This document shows positions 32,339 to 37,209 of a stretch of 37,209 bases of DNA, piece by piece. Positions within the stretch are counted from its first letter, which is position 1, and each line of letters opens with the position of its first letter. This DNA is from Perkinsus olseni (lineage: Eukaryota): positions 1-37,209 of the forward strand of contig JABANN010000344.1 in the NCBI GenBank assembly GCA_013115125.1, in the 5' to 3' direction. Under the pieces are notes generated by a model. That model was given only the letters and a program-made list of their open reading frames with translations, made no database searches and was not told the origin of the DNA. Position numbers and translations under genes: made by a program.

Positions 32339-34103
32339 TGAGTGTCATTGACGGTGAAACGTTGATGGAGATCATTGCTGTTACCTGTGCTTCCGGGCGA
32401 CTCTTGCACCATCTGTTTCAAAGACTATCCGCCCTTCGGGCCCCACGGCTACTTCTGAGAAGTGACATCTCGTGATGAGAATCTCATCCTCGTTACACGC
32501 TGTCACGTTCAACACCGTATGGTCTATTCACGCCGGCAGTTGTACAGAATTGATCTCCGGGACTGTTATCCAATCATTGTCAGCATGTTAGTACAATAGC
32601 GACTTCATCAATCCATAATTCTCCTGAGATTATCTTCGGTCACATTGCGATAATCGCCGATATCTGCATAACCGTGGTTGCTGAGCAGTTATGGGCAAAA
32701 TTCGAAGTTCGAGGGGTGTGACCCCAATTAGCACTGCTAATTTAGCAGCCTTGAAGGTTGCTTGTTGAACCTTCATGTTGTCAATGAGAGCTTATCATAG
32801 TTTGAGCTTCTCCAAACGCAAAGCTCCTATACCCCAATAGTTTTCCCAGCCGACTGCGAGAGGAACGCTCCGTGAGCGGCTCACGGTGAGCCTCAAGTCG
32901 TGACACCTGCGTTTGAAAGCAAAACTTGTGACACGTAGTACGGGAGCATATTGAAGATGCCCCCTTCTATATCCTCAACCATTATATTAACAACACCACT
33001 ATCAAGAGCTTTCGAAATTCCTCATAACGTTTCATGCCGGCCACAACCATCGACTGAAGATGCTCCAAAATCCCGTACTGTTGTCTCGGGCTCTCCTCTT
33101 GTACCTATATCTTCAACGTACAAGATTCAGAATTGTAGGGGTCTGAATGTGTTGTTAGCGGTATGTTACCGCCGGTAACCAAGGGTTAACGGTGAGAACG
33201 GACGCATCCAAGACTTGGTTTCCAAGTATGTCGAGTGAATTAAACTTAAATGCGACGTGTGAATTTCGCACGCTTGGTGGTGAGAATCATGAGAGTGAGA
33301 CGGGTCTCGGGGCCCTCGTCTGAGGAGCACGGGTCCGACTCGGACCCTGAGTAGACTCAAAGGTTGCCCCAAAGGGTCATTAGGGTTACAAGCAATTACA
33401 AATCGCGAGCTTGCCATTACGATAATATCTTCGCTCGACTCGCATTCGCAATCGTGCCCTCAATCGTATTCCGGGCCGGAATATGCACGCAGTAATAAAA
33501 TTCGGGTTTGGCATACTTAGGATTTCAGCAAGGATTTCTCACTGGTAATTCAGAATAGGCTACAATCGCACTCTCGGGTCAAGACTCTTGACTCAAGAGT
33601 CTCGCCGCCACCTTCGTCAAGCTTGCACGAGAGGAGGTGTAACCGTTACACTGCGATGAGTAAAACACTGTGAAACTGTCAGAAATGTTGGAAAATTTTC
33701 TGTCAATTCTTGTAACAAAACTATGGACGTTCGAACATTCCACCCTCTGACTTCTTGAGCTTCCTCGTCAATTCATCAATTTCGGTTTTTGCCCTGGCCA
33801 GCTCGAGTGCCTGAGAAGGCCCAAGAGTCCATCGCGTGGAGACTTTCACGATCGAAAAGTGACTTTTCAAAAGTCGCTCAGTGCAAGGGCGGCCCTTGAA
33901 GGGTCCCTTGCCAAGGGGTAAAGATTAGCGACTACTTGTGCGGCACAAGTTGTGCCGAGTAGCGGTTCCGGAGTGTACTATACTGCTTCTCGAGCGCTTG
34001 CGCATCACTGGTCCATAATCCACCACCAACCTGCAATGGGGCAAGATTCTGCACAAGACCTACCGGACTCATGAATTATGATGATTGTCCAACCCTAACT
34101 GTG

Positions 34104-34310
34104 TCACACACAAACCATGAGTGGCACCTTAGCTACCCATGGAATTTCGGACGCGACTTCAACTGCCATCTCAGACGCCTTCCGGGCTGTCATCTCGAGC
34201 GCCATCTCAGTCGTCATCTCAGTCGCCATCTCAGTCGCTATTTTATTCATAAGTCTGTCGCGGGCTTGCTCGACTTCCCGCCTCCGCACCATCTCTTTTG
34301 CCATGAGCAA
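34104..34310 (-). pseudogene. Gene remnant with 12-bp repeats (ATEM/TTEM/ALEM)
   Basis: Plus strand shows gtcgccatctca-type 12-mers repeated about 34165-34218. The minus-strand frame is helical-looking but has no clear start. Confidence 0.35.
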
Positions 34311-35544
34311 ACGGAGCTGTCTCTCTGTAGCAGATGTCTGGTCGGCGCCCTACCCAGGACGCACCGACTCATGATGTACGACAAAAAGTTGCCGGCAATC
34401 CATCTAGCATAAACTTTGCTGATGGTCCTACTGTAGGACCATCAGCAAAGTTCCTACATCCGGTCTTGATTTGAGCAGGCCACACAGGCGATAGGTTCTC
34501 GAACGCCCCTGAAGCGAGAAAAGATTAACTCGCAGCTGGTACGCCTTCGTGATAGTGATCTCTGGCCCACCGAAAATTCCGGTGCGCCTAGTTATTCCCG
34601 GCTGCAAAACGTTCCTGGTTGATGCTCATCGTTTGGAGCAGGCAACAATGGGAAAGTGAGAGAAGAGGAATATCCCTTCAGCTTACCTCCGATGACGTCG
34701 CGGCATGATGGTATCTTTGTAGGTCCATTTGAAACCCGAATGAGTCTTTAGTCAAGGCCAAAGACTTGATCACCCGACAAGAGTGGCCCCACCAATTCTG
34801 ACTGTGGGGTCGAGCTGTTGGCTAGTGACAAACTCAACGTGGTCCTAAGCACTAGCCGGGTTGGTTTAACCCAAAAATTCCGGGCCGAAATACTTCGCTA
34901 CACGAAGTAACCCCTCACAGCTGAGCACACCGACATCCACTTATGAAAGATAACGTTTCGACGCTGCAACATAGCGTCCCTGACCACCATTTCAGCTCCG
35001 GTACCCTGACGAGAGAATACTGCGACACTCGGGGAGTCCGAAAGTGAGTTTCTCCATCTCTGGTGAGCTCGGTGGGTTTAGAGTTCAGTGAGAAGAACTG
35101 AGCCCGAGCACATCAGAGCTGGTTGGACGGGATTCTGGTCCACGGGAATATCGGAAACACCAGCTATCCCCCGCTAATAGTGCTCAATTAATGACGCAAT
35201 TCCCCATGAGTTGCTGACTATTGTTCTGTCATTGCTCACAACACGATCATCAGTATGTAGGACCGGAGCCGCCGGAGTCCGGCGGAACGTAACTACTGAC
35301 AACAATAGACCGAGCATGACTGAGATTTATCTAGAGGAGCCTTGGTCAGATGAGTCCGCTAGCCTCTAACGCACAGCATCCCTTCGGCTAAGGATAGGCC
35401 CCCGAAAAGAGCAAGACTTCCGTGGTCTCCCGACAATTAACGCACGACGCGGAAGCGGTTTGAATCTAAGGGCTGCTCTAAGAACGAGACACCGGTTCCA
35501 CGATTAATCGAAGATTTTTTGGACTTCGGATTTCGAAAATGCGT

Positions 35545-35730
35545 TCAGCGGCTCACCTGCTTCACCCTGAACAGCTCAGGCAACCCAGCCTTGAAATTTT
35601 TCAGGTCAATCTCAACACCGTTGATCCCAAACAGGACACGATCGCAAAGCTTCGTCATGAACTTCGTGACACGAAGTCGATCCCCCCAAGAAAACCAGGA
35701 ATCGGCAGGTAGCAATCGGTACTGTAGCAA
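35545..35730 (-). pseudogene. Isolated exon-like segment of an unknown gene
   Basis: CAG|YRLLPADSWFSWGDRLRV...ELFRVKQ|GTGAG, bounded by canonical splice sites. Confidence 0.35.
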
Positions 35731-35847
35731 TCGGTGAAGTGTACATATCTTTGTGGATTCCTCTACCTATGCTCATGTTGTCCTCCTCCTGGTGCGTTGT
35801 CGCGCAGCACGACTCAGGCTCATCAGCCTTGGGTTAGGAGACTAAAA

Positions 35848-35928
35848 TCTAGCCGCTAAAGTGTGTAATAATTACTAATTAATAATTAGCTAGCCCCTAG
35901 ATGATTATTACACACCTTAGCGGCTAGA
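35848..35928. repeat. Inverted repeat, 25-bp arms (1 mismatch), 31-bp AT-rich spacer
   Basis: tctagccgctaaagtgtgtaataat ... attattacacaccttagcggctaga; the spacer contains ctaatta-a-taattag. Confidence 0.92.
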
Positions 35929-35941
35929 GCTATGTTACCTC

Positions 35942-37138
35942 GTGACAAACTCAACATTCTGGAGATGATTGGCTCATCAGCTTTAAAAGCTGTGCTACAG
36001 CTCCCTCTTAAATCCAGAATCTGAATGACATCTTCCTCATACGTAAGAGGCGAAATAATGGGTCGGGGAGATATGCTAACTCTAAAAACTGTGGAACGCT
36101 CCCGAGTCCTTCATGGACAGCTCAGGAGACATCTCGAGCGGCCTCCGGGATTGAGTAGGACGAACCAGAGCTGCTGTCGTTGTCCGTAATCTCGGCTTCG
36201 AAGCCCTGAAGAGAGGATAATACCACTCTCGAAGAATCAATCCTCGGAACGCGTCTGTGTACTTCTGATACTCTAGGGGGGACTAGAGTTGAGTCGGTCG
36301 GACTGCGTACGACCACATCGGGACTGGTTGGACCGGAAGTTGGTGACGTAGACCTCAAACACGTCCACAGCCACGAGAACGAGGATTTTCTTTTAACCTG
36401 ATCAGTGATCCCGTGACACCCGTTCTAACCCGAACGTATGAAGAAAAGGATCTTATTCCTGCTCACCGTTCTGGTATTCTGAATTGAGGCGATTAGCCCC
36501 CGCCATTGCTGTCTGAGGCGTAGCCAAGAACTGTTCAACTTCTCTTCCCGCTGACTCTCATCGTACAAGAGTCGACGAAGCTTTTTTAAGTCCTCGTCGT
36601 ACAGCTTCTGACGATGCTGACAATAGAGAGCTCGGTATTCAGTTAAAGGAGTAGATAATGGCAGTGACAACAATCACAACGGGACGCTGCGCCGGCATGA
36701 ACGAGGAAATCTGTACGGAGGTTTGGGTCCTCACCCTCATTTCTCTGGAATGCATTCTCTCAAGTCTTTCTTGCTCCTCAGCGCACTTCCGCAGCTTCTG
36801 TTCCAGCAGTCTCGCGTATTCTTTGAGACCTTCGTAGTCTTCACGCGGCACAGTCATGTTAAGCTGTAAAAATCTGCGGAATATGGGTCTTCCCTACTAT
36901 TGTTATGACTCAACACCCAATGAGTTGCTGAATATTCGTGGTATGCAGCATATAGACTCAATTAAGCTGAGACGCCATTCAAGGCAGCACCGGGAGTGAT
37001 GCTGCCTTCAGGGCCACTTTACACTCTCGAGGCCTCTTACTACGTCTATCATCAGAGAGGCTCTGGTAGAGGATTTCGTGATAGCTGAACAGAACGAGGC
37101 CCGACTTCGTGACCTGCAGAGGGCTCCTGAGTCGTTTC
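35942..37138 (+). repeat. 1.2-kb segmental duplication, copy 2
   Basis: Matches 31127-32338; both copies begin gtgacaaactcaacattctgg and end gggctcctgagtcgtttc. Confidence 0.97.
36082..36857 (-). CDS. Hypothetical spliced coiled-coil protein, copy 2
   Basis: Near-identical exon 1 (MTVPREDY...) and a strongly diverged exon 2. The stop is at 36082 or 36122 depending on splice phase. Confidence 0.55.
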
Positions 37139-37209
37139 CAAAGTCGCCCTGGCTTCGTCAGTCCATATGACGTGACTGAAGTCACGTTTCATATTATCGC
37201 GGGCCCACT

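Larger units (their letters stand above)
28790..34452. mobile_element. Cluster 2 of putative hAT-type excision footprints
   Basis: Perfect 22-mers start at 29824, 29952, 30725, 31349, 32727, 32871, 33578, 33854 and 33935. Near-perfect at 30260, 30883 and 33884. Long-armed at 28790-28834 and 34412-34458. Confidence 0.8.

Noticed and set aside
29824-33956. A 4.1-kb TIR transposon bounded by 22-bp inverted repeats
   Set aside because: Each end is itself a scar with only 8 independent bases; there is no flanking TSD and no transposase inside.
21340-36000. Palindromes as a CRISPR array, REP elements or rho-independent terminators
   Set aside because: No shared repeat sequence, no regular spacing, no U-tracts, 1-nt centres, and the DNA is eukaryotic.
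1-37209. Spliced-leader relics, tRNA, rRNA or snoRNA genes (including the 277-nt last Tim44 intron)
   Set aside because: No match to the Perkinsus/dinoflagellate SL core, and no convincing cloverleaf or C/D box pair seen by eye.

Overview
Eukaryotic (protist) genomic DNA with many short GT-AG introns, mostly about 45-60 nt. Gene content and style suggest a Perkinsus-like alveolate (inference). Bases 1-21.3 kb are gene-dense: two tandem amino-acid transporters, an F-box protein, ATG4, an unknown multi-exon gene, Tim44, a DnaJ protein, an intronless RsmE, IMP4 (two enlarged introns, one with a 39-bp minisatellite and an assembly gap) and two WRKY19-like zinc-finger genes. Bystin, an intronless pepsin-type protease and a small secreted protein follow. 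The gene-poor stretches (21.3-24.3 kb and 28.7-36 kb) carry the main discovery: a dense field of stereotyped 22-bp scars of the form T[1-7] + reverse-complement(T) + T[2-8], where T is any 8-mer. I count 13 perfect copies plus near-perfect, nested and long-armed variants. This is the product expected when a hAT-type transposon (8-bp target duplication, hairpins on the flanking DNA) excises and the two opened hairpins anneal through the duplicated target. A 1.2-kb duplication in the window preserves the unscarred and scarred states of one site. No transposase is present in the window. All coordinates were read by eye, and exon boundaries are approximate where stated.
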